A program made the translations under genes and the position numbers. This document shows, piece after piece, positions 50,201-64,000 of a stretch of 64,000 nt of DNA; position 1 is the stretch's first letter, and each line of letters opens with the position of its first letter. The stretch comes from Podarcis vaucheri (taxonomy: Eukaryota), in the NCBI GenBank assembly GCA_965113315.1, contig OZ220364.1; one strand, 5' to 3'. The notes under the pieces were generated by a model. That model did no database searches, was not told the DNA's origin, and saw only the letters and a program-made list of their open reading frames with translations.

Positions 50201-53200
50201 CTCCATCTGCTGCTCTCAACTCGGTTAATTAAACTAGAACCATCGCCTTTTTAATAAATGGCTGGCAGTAATAAAAGGAACAATTCCCTTTCTAATACAT
50301 GTGTACTTGTATTTCTTTTTAATGCTATTTTATTTTAGTCAATTATTAGGAAGTCATACTTCATTTTCAGATAGGAGCATCTCCCTTCAGAACGTACACA
50401 GATATGTTATCAAATAGGAGATATGTAGTAACAAGACCCTCCTAAAGTCTTATAATAGGTGAATTATGTTGTAGAGCATATCCAAAAGACAGACAGATTG
50501 GGCATTTACCAGTATAGATCTTAAATCATTATAGGAAACTGTGATGGAGTTTTATGCAAAGATAAGCATCACTTTTATCTAAGCAGCTTGAGGATGTACA
50601 ATACATTTGTGCTATCCAGAAGATGGAAACAAGCAATATTTACATAGCATTGCATGGCATATGCAACCACGTGCACATGTCTTGTCCGTAAACACTAGCA
50701 TACTTAAATGATTACAAATTTCAAGACCATGGTTATTTGAACTAGCAGTGCTAATTTAGACAATACAGGTAAATGATACCAAATAGTCAATTTAAAAGTA
50801 ACAATAGTATGGCAAATGCTTAAGCCAGTTAAAAATCAGGTGAAATCATTTGGGAATTAATCTGCTTCTGCACATATTTTGGTGGTCCCATGCTCTATCT
50901 AGTTGCTTCCTCAGAAAACACAGAACGTTTCTTCAAAGCTAACAGCAAGTCTATGAAGATGGTTACTTAGGATGCAGTGCCAGCACAGCCTCCTGGTGTT
51001 GATAGTTGTGCAACAGGGTGAGCTAACAACTACCATTTCCATATGAAGCACTGCACAAAGTTGTTTCATTTTCTTTTTCTATCCTCTATTAAATGATGGA
51101 GATTTGTATTAGGCATTGCTCAAAGTATTTAGCCCCCTTCTTGGGGGGGGGGGGAAATGCTTCCCACTGTCTTGGTGTGGACTAGTTGCTTGGCAAGCAC
51201 CTCCACAAAAACATGAGATTTCCATGCCCCTATCTTTACAAAAGAGATCAATGCCTATTGCGGCCCCTTTGCTATTCTGTGCGTGACACAAGCTAATGGA
51301 GCCATGCTCTTTACAGCAAGCAGCACATGGGTTAGGGAAAGTGACCTCCTTAGGAAGGACAGTGCTAATCTTCACAACATCATTAGCTAGCCTCAAAGAC
51401 TCCCAAGTGAGAGCTGTCGTTATAAATTAACTCCTTCCATCTGTCTCCTTAGGGCAGCAGAAGATGCTATTTGTGGTGGCCAGCTGGTAATGTGTCTCAT
51501 CTCTAGGACATCTTCTAAATGCTGATGTGGAAAGAGCGGGTAAGCTTAACTTCCACTAAAGGAGTGAAAGCAGAATAATTGGTAGTCAAATGGCAAATCC
51601 AGAAAAGATTTCTCAAAAGAAAGATGAGCATGTTCTGTTCTCACAGCAACAGTCTGTAAGATGAGGGTTTTTCCAGATAGAGATTTAAATTAACAGTTGA
51701 GCACTCCTTCAAATTATGGGATACCGGCTGCGGCTGAGATCCAAAGAACTCCATACACAACTGGAAAACTGCTTGAGGGTGGGGGCATATTCAAGTCACA
51801 CTGAATCCTACCCCATAAATCCTTTGACTTTCAGGAGATACTTTTTAGGAAGTTGTAAGGGAGTGCAATAAAAACAGGAGCTTGAAAACCCCAACCTATT
51901 TGCCTCTTGGGATTCTCAATCTGTTTAAGTTGTTGCATCAACTTTAGATTTATGGAGAACAAGGGGAATATCAACATTATTTATAATAGATGATCTACCT
52001 GTAGATAACTGGAATGAGAGTAGAACATTTTATTATATCCAGACATGTTTCAAGTGTTGTAAGAAATGCTCCTCTCTCTGTATTTATTTGTAAGACCAAA
52101 TATATGTGTACACCTGCTGTTGTCAATATTATGAGGAGGACTGAACAATCTGCCCATTAACACTCCATTTACGTAAGAGGTGGTGTGAAAGGGAAGTAAT
52201 ACAGCATCAATGCAAGCAAGATCAAATACAATGCTGAGCTGCATAGGAGCCACTCAGATTAAAGTGTTTCCCACACAGCTGCAGATGTGTCTAGAATCCT
52301 AACCCTAACCCATTGTGTGTGGTCTAGAACCCTAACCCTAACCCATGCTTTTCTTTAGCCACAGGGATGGCTCTGTGCCTATAAGGTTAGCAGGACTTCA
52401 GTGAGTGCTTCAAATCAGTGGGAGCCCATGGTAGTAGAGAAGTATGGGTCATGTATGCAATGGCTCTTGCTACAAAGCTTAACAGAAACACACAGTTTCA
52501 GTGAACCATAAAGGAAAAATATTGTACTCCAAATATTCTATCACTGTAGAATACTCCATATGCCAAAAAAGAAGCAATGTCTGTCTACATTGTGTTATGA
52601 TCAGGTTTTAAAGGGAACTATGAAACCAGATGGTAGAGAAAAACAGAATTAAAGCTAAAAGTAGAATGTTTCTAAGAAGATTGAGTTCAAGAACTTAAAG
52701 AAGTTGACACCATTCCTGCATGAAAACACAACTTTAGGAAAGTGGAGGGATTGAGCACTGTTCATGTGTGTCAAAAACCCAGTAAAAAAATTATGGTAGA
52801 CAAACTGAAGAGATATTTGCTGGGGAAGGAATCTCAATGCCTAGTAACAAAGACCCAGCAAAGAGACCCCTTAAGTTTCTATACAATCACCAGAAACTTT
52901 TATTGCCCTAGCCCAAGGCCATGGCCTCATCCAAAAAACAGTACAGATATATGTATTTCTTAATATGGACAGCTTCCAGTCACATTTGCTGCCATTTAAA
53001 ATACACCTATTCACAAGAATTCAGAATCCAAAATCATACTAAGTACAAGGATATAATGCTGACTCTCATTCTCCAGTATACTGACAGGAGAATAATTCCT
53101 GTGCCTCTGCAAAGTTTTCAATGTGCTGCTTGCATTTTCTAAGGAACCCTTCAAAAGCAGGGACTGGCAGGGGGCAAAAGAATAAAGCTTAAGAGCTGTG

Positions 53201-54654
53201 GCCTAAAGTCCTGCTTATGAGGAGATAATTTCATTTTATTATCACTATGTAATTAGTATACACAGGACAAAATAATAATAAAATAATAGTAATCCTGGGG
53301 GCAAAAAAATGGTTGCAACTGTTTGAAATGTTGCTTGAGTAGGGTACATAGTAGAAGTTCCAGATTTATCCAATCATTAGCCAATCATGTATATACTTGC
53401 TGCACCCAGAGAAGCATTCACACTAAGATGTTTGCGCAAGGCTCACGAAAGGTCGCCGAAACGCCAGCTGTATGTGGGTCATGGGACCTGTTTGCACAAG
53501 GTGCTTCAATTTCATTTAATCCCCCCCCCTTATTATCCCACACTGTTCCAGAGCACCCCCTGTCCCACTGGAGAATCTTTTTAGTGGATGCAGGGGACTG
53601 CTGTTGGAAGAATATGGCAGGAAAGTCTCCTTGCGGGAGCACTTCTATGGAACCAGCCCCATGTTGAAAATTTGTATAGGAGTAACAAATTCTGGCAGAA
53701 TCATGACAGTTCACAAAGCCCAAAAGTACAGCCACACCTTTTCAGAAGCTCATGGTATTGTAAATGGGGGGTGAAAAGGGGTGGAAAATAATCTTCCCAC
53801 TAACAACATTAATGCTGCGTGCTGAATCTGTTGAGAAATTCTTCCTTCAAGAGAAAGCATTGTTTCAGTTACACAGCTCTTAATCCTCTTCTTAATTTGC
53901 TCACAGGTAATGTGGATTATAACTGCAGCTATCAACATCCAGCCACCTAATATAAGATTGATGATTCTACAATCATGCCAGCAGCAGTGAAGATAGAATA
54001 GAACCATCTTAATATTTCATGCCAGCCAGAGACAATCTTCCTTACTTTGTCCTGATATGGCTATTCATTGTTATTGTTTTTTTTAAATATACCAAACATG
54101 CACTCCATTATAGAAAGTAACATTTACTTTACTGAAGCCTCAGTTTCACTAGTCGCCTACAATGGAGTGAATGAATTGAACAGTTTTGAAGTGACCAAGA
54201 AACATAGTTATTTCTGAGGTCACCCAGGAGTCAATGGGCAGGAAACAAAAATAAGAAGTAATAAGGTCACTTTTGCTGTACACATTAGATGTGACTTATA
54301 AGTCAGCTACTCTCACCACTGCCTCTCTCTCCATGTGTAACACGAGAAGTGTTGAAATCTGACTGGATTACATGCTTTTAAAATTAATTATGAATAACAT
54401 TGCATTTCAGCCACCAGAGTTCCTGACAAACTGACTTAGCTGTGAATCTTTCTAAGGTGCTATGGTTATTATTAATCTATACAATATGGTAATTTGCATG
54501 TGGTTCTATGAATAAATATGCAGCTCTACATTTAACTGACTGATACAGTTTCCCTAAGCTTCCTAATGCATACGTTTGATTTCAGCAGAATTAAAATGTA
54601 CTAGACTCACAAGCTACAGCTACTGCTCAAACAGAACACAGAAATACATTTTAC

Positions 54655-54727
54655 CTGCTGGGACTGATTGATCAGTACCATCGAACAAAAGATCGACCAG
54701 GTCACCGGATGACTTGCTGCCAGGAAC
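54655..54727 (-). CDS. CLINT1: CLINT1 exon (probably exon 8)
   Basis: TAG|VPGSKSSGDLVDLLFDGTDQSVPA G|GTAAAA; 73 nt, phase 0-1. Not in the ORF track. Confidence 0.92.
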
Positions 54728-57700
54728 CTAAGGACAAGCACAATTGAACTGTTTTAAGGAATATGGTTATGAATATGCAAAGGTGTGTGTGTGTTTTAGG
54801 GCAACTGAACGAGGACTGTTTGTGGCAAGAAATTGGAAAACTGGAGTAACACAGAGAAAAATAGATCTGTGTAGCATCAAACATTGGTTGTTACTGGAAA
54901 TCAACTTATATTAAGAGAATTACAAAACTGAAGAATATAAAGGAAGTTATTATTGTGCAACTTGATAACAAGGATTCTAAGCTGTTACCTCCCATCAGAC
55001 AATGTGAGGAGAGGTGCAAAAATATTTTTTAGAAAACACACTCATTCCATATAACTATTAAGCATAGCAAAGGCTGAACCATTTCTTAAAATATTTCCCA
55101 CCTTTATAGTTTTGTTAACATGCCTTAAAATTTCATTTTGAGATATTCAAAATACTAGAAACATCATTTGGTCAATTGTAAGCTGCCTAGAATTTTAAAG
55201 CTTGATATCTTTCTGCTTATAACTAAATTTGTATAGCTTTCTTTGTGCTTTACAATAGTTTTTAATCCTCTGGTTATTACGGCCTTACCTCTGGGATTAT
55301 TCCAATTAAAATGAAAGGCTGATATTAGGAGTGTGATGTCTAAAGGCACCAAAGAAATTCAGAGCTGACTTTGAGATTTGAACTCAGCATCCCAAACATG
55401 AATATATTTAATTGGAAGTAACTTCTTCATTTCCTGAAGTAATTACTTCCAAGCAACTATGGTTAAAAACAGCACGCCACCCCAAGTAGGCCCATCTTCT
55501 TTTTGGGGGAAATTGGAATAAAGTGACTGTTATACCAAAGGTGGAAGGTATATTTTAGGTTCTGCTTCTTTGATAAAATTAGCAAAATGCTAGATACCAG
55601 AAAAGCCTAATTTAAGAAATTTCTGTCACAAAGTAGAGGTAGTGTGGTTTCTTCTTCTGCTACAAGGAAGGAAATGTATTTACCAACAAAATCCATGCAT
55701 TAAAAATCACAATATTATCTTGCTGCATGGGTGCACTTTATCATTTATGACTAAATCCTAGATTTTTGTACACATTCACAAAGGAAGGGAATGGATGAAA
55801 AGTTGCTTTTCCTGGAGCACCATGTAAATTTAATAGACTATAAACCTTGGCACAAAGACAACTACATCTATGGTAAACTCTATGCACCTGAGGGTTTCTA
55901 GAAAACTTCCTCATTACAACATTAGTGATTATGTAGACACAGGGCTCACTTTAATTTGCTTTTAAGAAGTTCCGTCCAGTACACTTGTTGAAGACTCTCA
56001 CTCTTGGGCGGATGGGGAAAATAATTGGAAGCAAAAAAAAAAAGTCCAGGATAACAAGAGGGGAAGGATGCAATACCAAACTTCAGGTTGCAATCCAATA
56101 CACACATGCCTAGGAAATAACAACCATTGAAAATAGCAAGGCTTCCTTCTCAGCCAACATGTATAGGACTGCACTGTAAATGTACTTGTGGATTTAATGA
56201 AGTCTGGGAGCACTGGAGAACAAGATTTGTCCCATCTAAGCAGCAAGCATGTGCAGCAGATTCTGAACTTGGGGCGCAACTGAAACATGACACTTGGATA
56301 AGGTGAACTTACCTATGCCGCAGTGCACCAGCATCTCTTTGATCCTGGGCCCCCAGCCACTACACATGCACTAACTAGAACACAGGCACAATGTCTGCCC
56401 AGGCTAAAGACATGAGGCATACAAACAGTGCACAAACAGGCAAAGAGATCCAGTTTAAAGCACAACCTCTAGACATGTGCAACCCTACATAGTTAAGTTC
56501 TTCTTCCTTGCCCTATGCCAAATAAATTGGTAGCAAAGTACATGTCTAGGTATGGCCTTAAAGGACAGGGCAGACCCAGAATTGAACATTTCAGAATATA
56601 GTAATACAGTGGGCTGGCCACACATGCAAGGGTTCAGTTTTGGAGGTCCTCCCGCAAAGGCAAAATTGCATAAAGTCAGGAACCCCCAGAGCCCCAACCC
56701 CTGCAATCACTCCTACCTCTCCAGAGCTTATTGGGCTCTGAGAAGGTCATTAAAGGGCCCCGACATGCTCCCAGAGCCCTCATGCCTCCTTCCCAAAGCC
56801 CGATAAGCAAGGCAGAGGGCTTAAAAAATTCTGTTTATTTAAAACATTTGTACCCACACAGTTGCTTCCAACAGAACAAAATACAAATAAAAAAACCAAC
56901 TACACAAATTAAATAGAACTTTCATTTCTAAATCACATATTTTTCATGCCTTTTTGTTCGAATGTTTAAGCTTTCTCTCTTCTTAAGGTGAAATTGTTAT
57001 ACAAAGATCCTTGCCTTTTCTGAGGGCATCTTCAAAATAAGTTATTGAACAGAGATACTTTGGGCACACTAGATGCATACATTAACTGCACAATTTAGAT
57101 GTAAAGGATCTGCTTGCTGGTGGATCAGTGTACTGCCATATGGTCTTTAATTTAGGGAATACTTAAAATTTGTACCATCTGATTATAGCTTCACAAAGTT
57201 TAACCATCAGAGCTGTCAAACTGCTGTTTTTACAATTGGGCTAATTTAAATAGTTACAGTGGAAAGGGAACACTATAGCTTTTCTTCATTGTTTCCTGAC
57301 TTCCTTCCTAAGTGGCATCACTTTTAGTACATACTTGGCAGTGCCAGAAAAGTAATATGCATCCTCTTTCCTTCCATCTTATGTGGGCGAGAAAAAAAAC
57401 CCACTGCATTACGGCAGAAGTAAAACATGCTTTCACATTATGGTCTTAGTGTACTTACCTATGTAATATAGATACAATCTCTAGTATTCTAGCTTCCCTG
57501 AGGCTGACATGGGAGTTTTTAAAACTGCCCATCTGTTCACTTCATGTCTTCAATCTCCCTGCAATTTTGAGCTTGACAGATTCCATCAAACAATGACTTC
57601 TGATTCCCCTGGTCTTCAGACATTAAGTGATCCTTCCACTTCCTGAGAATGCTTGCAAAGGTGTGGCAACAGATTTTATCTCATTTCTCTACTTTATAAC

Positions 57701-58939
57701 AAATAAAAACTTCCAACTGAACTGAAGAGGTGGAATGCTCAACCTGGATTACATTCAGTGTACATTAAACTTCTATTATATACAGACTTGTGTTGGATTA
57801 CAACCTGGATTAGAATACAAAATGGAAGTAACCCTAACACAGGCGTCCACAATTTTAGCCTAGCTAGGTTCCAGCCCCAGGCAAGCTTGGTGATACTTGG
57901 TGGTTTTGAGAGTACCTTTGTCCAAGCAGCAGCCAAGGAAGCCTTCACTTCTCTTTCCTGCTATGGAGGAGGAAAGGATGATGAGAGGCTAAGCTACTCT
58001 TCCAGAAAGTTGGGAAGAAGGATGCTCACAGTACACAAAGCAAGCGAAAAACGCCAAATCCTGGACTGGTAGGTAATCACAGTGCTCCATCATAGGTGGG
58101 TCCTTCCTGTGACAGATGATTCAGTAGTTTCCCTGTCTTCTGAAGTTAGAAACCTAATGGAATGCCTAGGTCCCTCTGCCTTTACCCCTGGTTAAATAGG
58201 TGCCAGAGGCAAGGTGATTCTTCCGCTTCTGGAGAGGGGACATCTAGTCATGATGATCATGCTTTTGCAACTTCCAGGATCACCTACAGGCAGCAACTAT
58301 TTTAGGCACATCTAATATGTGTGCGCGACCACACGCACATGGCACTGAACCTGGAAGTGAACAAAAAACGTCCCCAAAGGGGGCGGGGCAGATGGGGCAT
58401 CTGCAGGCCTTTTCAATGGCATTTCAAATATATGTGATTTCAATTAAACGTGTGGTGCCTTGGAATGTAACTCCCACATAAATTGAGAGTTGCCTGTACA
58501 GGTAAACAAGCTCTACATGGAGCTTCCCTTGAGACTGACTAAGAAGTTCCAACTAGTGCTGAATGCTTATTTCTGCATGTTGAAAGCTGTTGGAAGGCCA
58601 AACATACTTAAACCTATTCTACAGCAACCTGCCCTAGTTACCAGATAGTTTCTTACCTTTGAAGCCCTTCACAGCTTGGGATTCAAACACCCTGGAGACT
58701 GTCAAAACCAGTATCAACCTAGGTGCTGCGTCATTCTTTGGTCTGAGCTTGTTCTATATGCCTAAATCACATGAGATGAGGAGCAACTGCTTAACCCAAA
58801 TGCAGTTCCAGTGCTTTCAGTGAATTACTCCCTATGGCACACTTGGAAGACTCCAGATTTATTACCTTTAATGAAAACAGTACTTGATTAGGAAAAATGC
58901 AAATTCAAAGGTACAGTTGTGCCTTCTTTCCCCTCCTAC

Positions 58940-59180
58940 CTTTGCTATAGATTGCTGAGTGTAAGCATTCTGGTCTGGACTTCCTTTGTCCCCTGTGTAA
59001 TGTGCAGCTGCTCCCAGGTCAATGGTTTTGGAAGGGTTTGCTGTGCGCTTGTGTCTGGTGGTGGTGGTCTCTGTGGCTTGTGTAATATGGATGTGTTTTG
59101 TGGTCACTGTCTCCTCCTCATCTTTGAATTCTCCTTTAGGCGATTTAGCTTTTCTAGATCTCTTTTCCTCATCGCTATCA
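58940..59180 (-). CDS. CLINT1: CLINT1 exon (probably exon 7); upstream exons lie outside the window
   Basis: CAG|(S)DSDEEKRSRKAKSPKGEFKDEEETVTTKHIHITQATETTTTRHKRTANPSKTIDLGAAAHYTGDK...IAK|GTAGGA; 241 nt. Confidence 0.96.
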
Positions 59181-60466
59181 CTGTGAAGGGAGGAAACAAC
59201 AAAAACCATATTACAGACCAAAAGGGGGACAAAAGAACTTGAAAAGGTAGCTAGCAAAGCTATCTGGTCATCAACATCTTTTAGAGGGTATTTCAGTCAA
59301 GAAAATATTTAAGCAGAGATTTTCTAAACAAGCAAGTCTGTGGTAGGCAAAAGTGGGTGGAGCAATGGTGGTGGTTCTTATCTTTATACAGAAGACTAGA
59401 ATCCAGCCTGGCTCAAATAAGATATTTCTACTCATAGCCCATGTATAGGATCCACCCCAATTTCTCCATCCACTATCTAGGAAAGCAAAATGCATTATTG
59501 CTGTTCAATGATACATTCCAGTCAGGCAAAAGTATTTCAGGGGTATATGGGGCAGGGATGGTGAGGGGGGGATAACTCAGAGAGGGACTATGGGCTGGGG
59601 AAGAAGGTACGGCTGGGGAGAAACAGGGGTAGTGGTGAAGACTGTATTCAGTCCCTGAGCCAGAAGTTCCCCATTCCAGTTATAAAAGATGTTGTTTCCA
59701 GGTTTCCCAAGCCTACCACCCATTTTGTGACTGCTTTGGACTTTGCACCATTACTAGCCAAGCTTGCTTTCTCAATTAGAGAATTATGGGGGGGGGGAGT
59801 GCTCATTAAATTTCACTACACAATATTACACTATAAATGCTACTTCTTCACTGAGATGGCAAAGACTTTGTTTGGATCATTGGGCCACACTGCCAATTCC
59901 CCACACTCCAACTGGAAAGGCTGATCAACTGATATCAGCTGAAGCATCGCGCAAACACAGTCTCTACCAATTGTATCTGGTGAGAAGTCTCATTCTCTTT
60001 TGGACAATGACACAGTAAATATGTATGTCCTCATAATCATGGGACTCTACAATTACATATCCTTTGTGCAGCTATCCTATACCTGCTGTGTATACTGCAC
60101 AAAATCTGCTTGGAAGTCATACCCTGCTTTAGAATTTCCTTCCCACAAAATTTTAAAGCCCAACCTTTTCTTTGGAAGCAGCATAAGATCCTAGTAAATT
60201 GGGGATCAGGAAGGGGCAATTTCAAAAGTCTGTATTATATTAATATAGACTAAATCTTGCCCTGAATAGGGTGAACAATAAAGAAGCTTGAGGGGCTGTC
60301 TTCATCCAGCTCCCACTGTGGCATCTCCCTGCCCACCTCCCAAATCTGTCATCAACAGATCCAGCTTGCCCCATGAGAGTGGGTTCCCCCCCCCAAACAA
60401 GTTGTCTTATCCATTCTGTCGTTACGTTTTTAAAAAAGCAATGCTTATTGGTGTAACATTCTTATG

Positions 60467-60570
60467 TTTGTGAGGTCTACACAGAATTTATAAATATTGT
60501 AAATAAATAAATAAATAACTGTAGATTTATCTATTTACAATATTCATAAAGTTTGTGCAGACCTCACAAA
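60467..60570. repeat. Long near-perfect inverted repeat
   Basis: TTTGTGAGGTCTACACAGAATTTTATAAATATTGTAAATAAATAAAT pairs with ATTTATCTATTTACAATATTCATAAAGTTTGTGCAGACCTCACAAA. Confidence 0.92.
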
Positions 60571-63500
60571 GTCTGCCTCCATACAGCTGACGCAGATAGC
60601 AGCTTCTTGCAAAACCATGGCCTGCAAGCTGAAGAACAGGCTTTATCTTCCACCTTCCAGTGCAATTCCTTTTCCTTTCTGTCATCAGCCTTCATCATGA
60701 TTTAGCAATACATTTACACCAACAGCAACTAATTTTAAGGCTAATGCCAACTTAAGCAGGGTTTGCAAATGCACTTGAAACCATGGTTAGGATAGGAAGG
60801 AACCCAGGCTAGTATTGGCAGAGATACTATGGTTGAGGCCAACAAAGAAATGGAATTTGGAAATTCATACCAGAGGCAGATTTCTGATTTGTATATCATA
60901 GTTTTCAAGGAACGAGCCTTAAAACTGCATTCGGCCTACGTATACACAACTTTATAAATTGTTTTGAAAAGTCATTACTTGACCAGTGTTTTCGGCGAGG
61001 GGCAGGTTAAGCCTCCAGCAAAATTAAGTTACCCACAGCTGTACTTTTATTTGGAAGGTAAACAGTTTTTACATTGTATGATGTTTTTCATTATTAAGGT
61101 ATGCAATTGGTACAGGGCAAGATGCACTGTTGAATAACACATGCAAATGTAACTTGAAATATAACTGTGAAAGGTTTCTCTGTTTCAATAAGCAATAGAG
61201 CACTGAGTCACCTAATTTCAGAAAGGCTGTCTTGTTGTCAGCATGGAGGTAACACAAACTGCAGTATGCTCTGTGGGGTAGCCTTTGTTCTCCACTAACA
61301 ATGGCTCAGGCTTTGCCCTTTATTATTATTACTTAGTTATGCCTCCCACTGCATCTCAGCATATTATCTGCTTGCCAGCAAAGGTCATTTAATTCATTAA
61401 GATCAGTGAACATAAATACCCAGCATTTCATTTTCTATTCCAACAGAGATTACAGATGCAAAGTAATAAGGGGGCCTAACAGCCCCAACCAAGTGTAGAG
61501 GGAATAAATTCGCCAAGCACTGCTGCAGAGCACACTCTCTTCCTTTCAAGAGGGTTTGCGCAGAAACGCAAGCCCCAATGAGGTGAAGAAATAACGGAAG
61601 AAGTGTTTCTGGGTTTGCTGCCCATGTAATGGTTTTACTTATTCATTCCTGTCCCATCTGTAAATTCAGAAATCTTTCCCAAGGCAGAGTATGAAGTCAT
61701 ATGAAAGCAAATTAATGACACAATCAAATCATTACCAAATACAACCAATACAATACTGATATGAAAAGAGAAGAAAATTAAAAGCAGATAGCCTCCAAAC
61801 CCCTAAAATTGGCATTCATTAAAATATCATGCTGATAAAACAGACTTGACCTGCACCTAGATCAACAGTGAGCAACTGAGGGTATTTCAATGCTAGGATG
61901 CCATCACTGAAAAGGCCCTGCCTCTAGTCACCAATACCCCAACTTTCAAAGGCAGAGCTGGGATCACTGAGAGATGGGTACCGATGTACCAGTCCCAGAG
62001 CCGGCTCTGAGTTGCCATTAAAAAAATAAAATCTCTAGAAAGAAAATTGTGAAGGAAAATGTACAAGGATGCTTCTAAGTTATTTCCGTGAGAAGAGTCA
62101 GCCTGGCTGCTCCCACCTTTCAATGTTTTTAGCCAATGAATGAAGTCAGAGCTATGATTGATGAGTTGTTTGAACACCAAGCAGTCATAATCCTTGGAAG
62201 AGCTGCTGTTGTTCGCTCCTCTTTAGTGCACTCCCCCAGCTTCTGTCTCATTTCCCAGTGCTTAGAATCTCTCTAGTCTGCCCTGTTTTTCCCTAGCAAA
62301 CTGTGTGGTGGGTTGTTAGCCTGAGATTAGGTACTCCCTAGAAGTGATTTCCTACAATACTGCTAAAGAGTAAGTTTATACACTCATATTTTTCTTCATT
62401 CTTAAATTCTTTAGAAAAATCAATTGTGCGCTCTTTCAAAACTTGATTTTCTTTTATAATTTGTTCTTTTTTTAAAAAAAAAGCATAATGCTTACAAAAC
62501 ATAGTTAAAATTTTCTCAGATTATGTTGAATAAATGTTCAACTGAATGAAGTTCAATTTTTCTGTGGGTGGAGAGGGAGGGAAGTGAAGACAAGAGGAGT
62601 TATTTCTACTCCCACACTTTGTACTATACCCTGCTATAGTAAATAAAAGCTAAAAACATCCATCATGTGAGAATATATTCCTAAAATTTCCATGTAAAAT
62701 GAAAATACGCTGTCTCTTCTATTTTGTTAGAGAAACAAAAATATAGCCATGGAAACAGGAAAAAGGGCCCAAATAATAGTGTGTGTTGCCATTTAAAAAT
62801 CTCCACACATCATATAAAGATTCAGAACAGAGTGGAATATATTGTAGATTTAGTCTGATTTGATACATCTGGTTTAACATTTAATACACTGCTAAATTCC
62901 CCTCTCAAGATCAATTCACCTTTCAAAAGAAAAAGAAAAAAACCCACTGGAAAGAAGTACAACTTTAGCACCTTAATGAATTTTTTATTCTTCCAACATG
63001 CTGTTGTGAAAAATATTAAATATATGAAAGCTCCTACTGCTTTAATCTCATCCAGATGAGATTTGTGTAAAGGCTTCCACAGCAGTATCAGAAACTATTA
63101 AGTATCAGTTTGATCTACTGACGATAAAGTTCAATCCACTTGTTGAACAGATCAACTATTGGAGTTTGCACAGCAGGCAAAACCTCCAAAATGTTTTCCT
63201 TTTAATGTAGAGGGCATTAAATGATCTCATAAACAAGTGTCCACTGTACTTTATGAAAAGGTTAGCTGAAAAGTAAGCAGCCATTTCTTTAGGCTAAGAG
63301 AAAGAGGCAAAATGTTCTATCTTTCAACTTTTATGACTTGGACACAATCAAAACAAAAAAGGTAGCTATTTTCCTCCGTACACTCTTAATAATCTAAAAA
63401 ACCCAAGATACTCCTTCACTCCATTTCACTGCTAGCGACAAAATTAGACCCCTACTACAGTTGAGACAAATGAAAGCATTGGCTCTTTCTGGGTTAGAAC

Positions 63501-64000
63501 ATACAGCTTCCCTACGGAAAACTTCACCAGAGTTTTTGCCATTTTTCTAAACGCAACAATCTGAAAGTGATTTTTTTAAAAAAAAATGAAAGCCAAGATG
63601 ATTGGAATTTTAATAAACTATTCAATAGGGCCCTGATTAGCCTTACAATTGTAGGATAGCAAACTCATTCAACAATTTTTACAGAAGGCAGTTAGAATTG
63701 TTGTGGGCTACATAGATTTGGGATGTCTCATGTAATGTGTTGTCCACTTCAAATTGTTCTATATTGCCTGCTTTATGTTTAGCTGCCCGCCTGCAAGGAA
63801 TGGTCACACCCCATATTACTGAAATAATGGTGCCAACTGCAGAGGTATGCACATGTAAAAGAGATAGAAGGACAACAGAATCCAAACTAAAGCCTATTTC
63901 TCGTGATTTATAGGGTCTCTTGGACATCTTAAAAACTTGGATTACCAGGGAGGCTGCAGATCTTCTAGATGACTCAGAGAGCCAGATTTTCATTGCTTTC

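Noticed and set aside
59181-64000. Search for further upstream CLINT1 exons (ENTH domain; KWDEEWDK segment)
   Set aside because: No matching peptide seen on the minus strand; the region appears to be intronic.

Overview
Vertebrate genomic DNA, most likely a squamate reptile; the repeat content (young L2, CR1, tRNA-SINEs, hAT and Tc1/mariner MITEs) suggests a lacertid-type lizard. It holds two convergent spliced genes in the arrangement I recall from human. LSM11 (U7 snRNP Sm-like protein) is complete on the + strand: 4 coding exons at 3345-14879, 351 aa, a CpG-island promoter and a probable ~5 kb 3' UTR. The 3' half of CLINT1 (epsinR/enthoprotin) is on the - strand: 6 coding exons at 59180-42695, with the ENTH-domain exons outside the window. 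The ~21 kb between them holds a 5'-truncated L2 with an intact RT ORF, a CR1 nested in an old L2, a solo LTR, SINEs, MITEs and CTCF-like motifs. There are three N gaps. I see no convincing new multi-gene system. The best unexplained signals are an 83-bp duplicated, pre-miRNA-sized hairpin on both sides of one CLINT1 exon, a duplicated in-frame splice acceptor in LSM11, a tRNA-Asn/CR1 chimeric SINE, a ~100-nt intronic fold-back, and a solo LTR with a full set of promoter motifs plus a CTCF-like site. Comparisons to human proteins and tRNA are from memory, not database searches.
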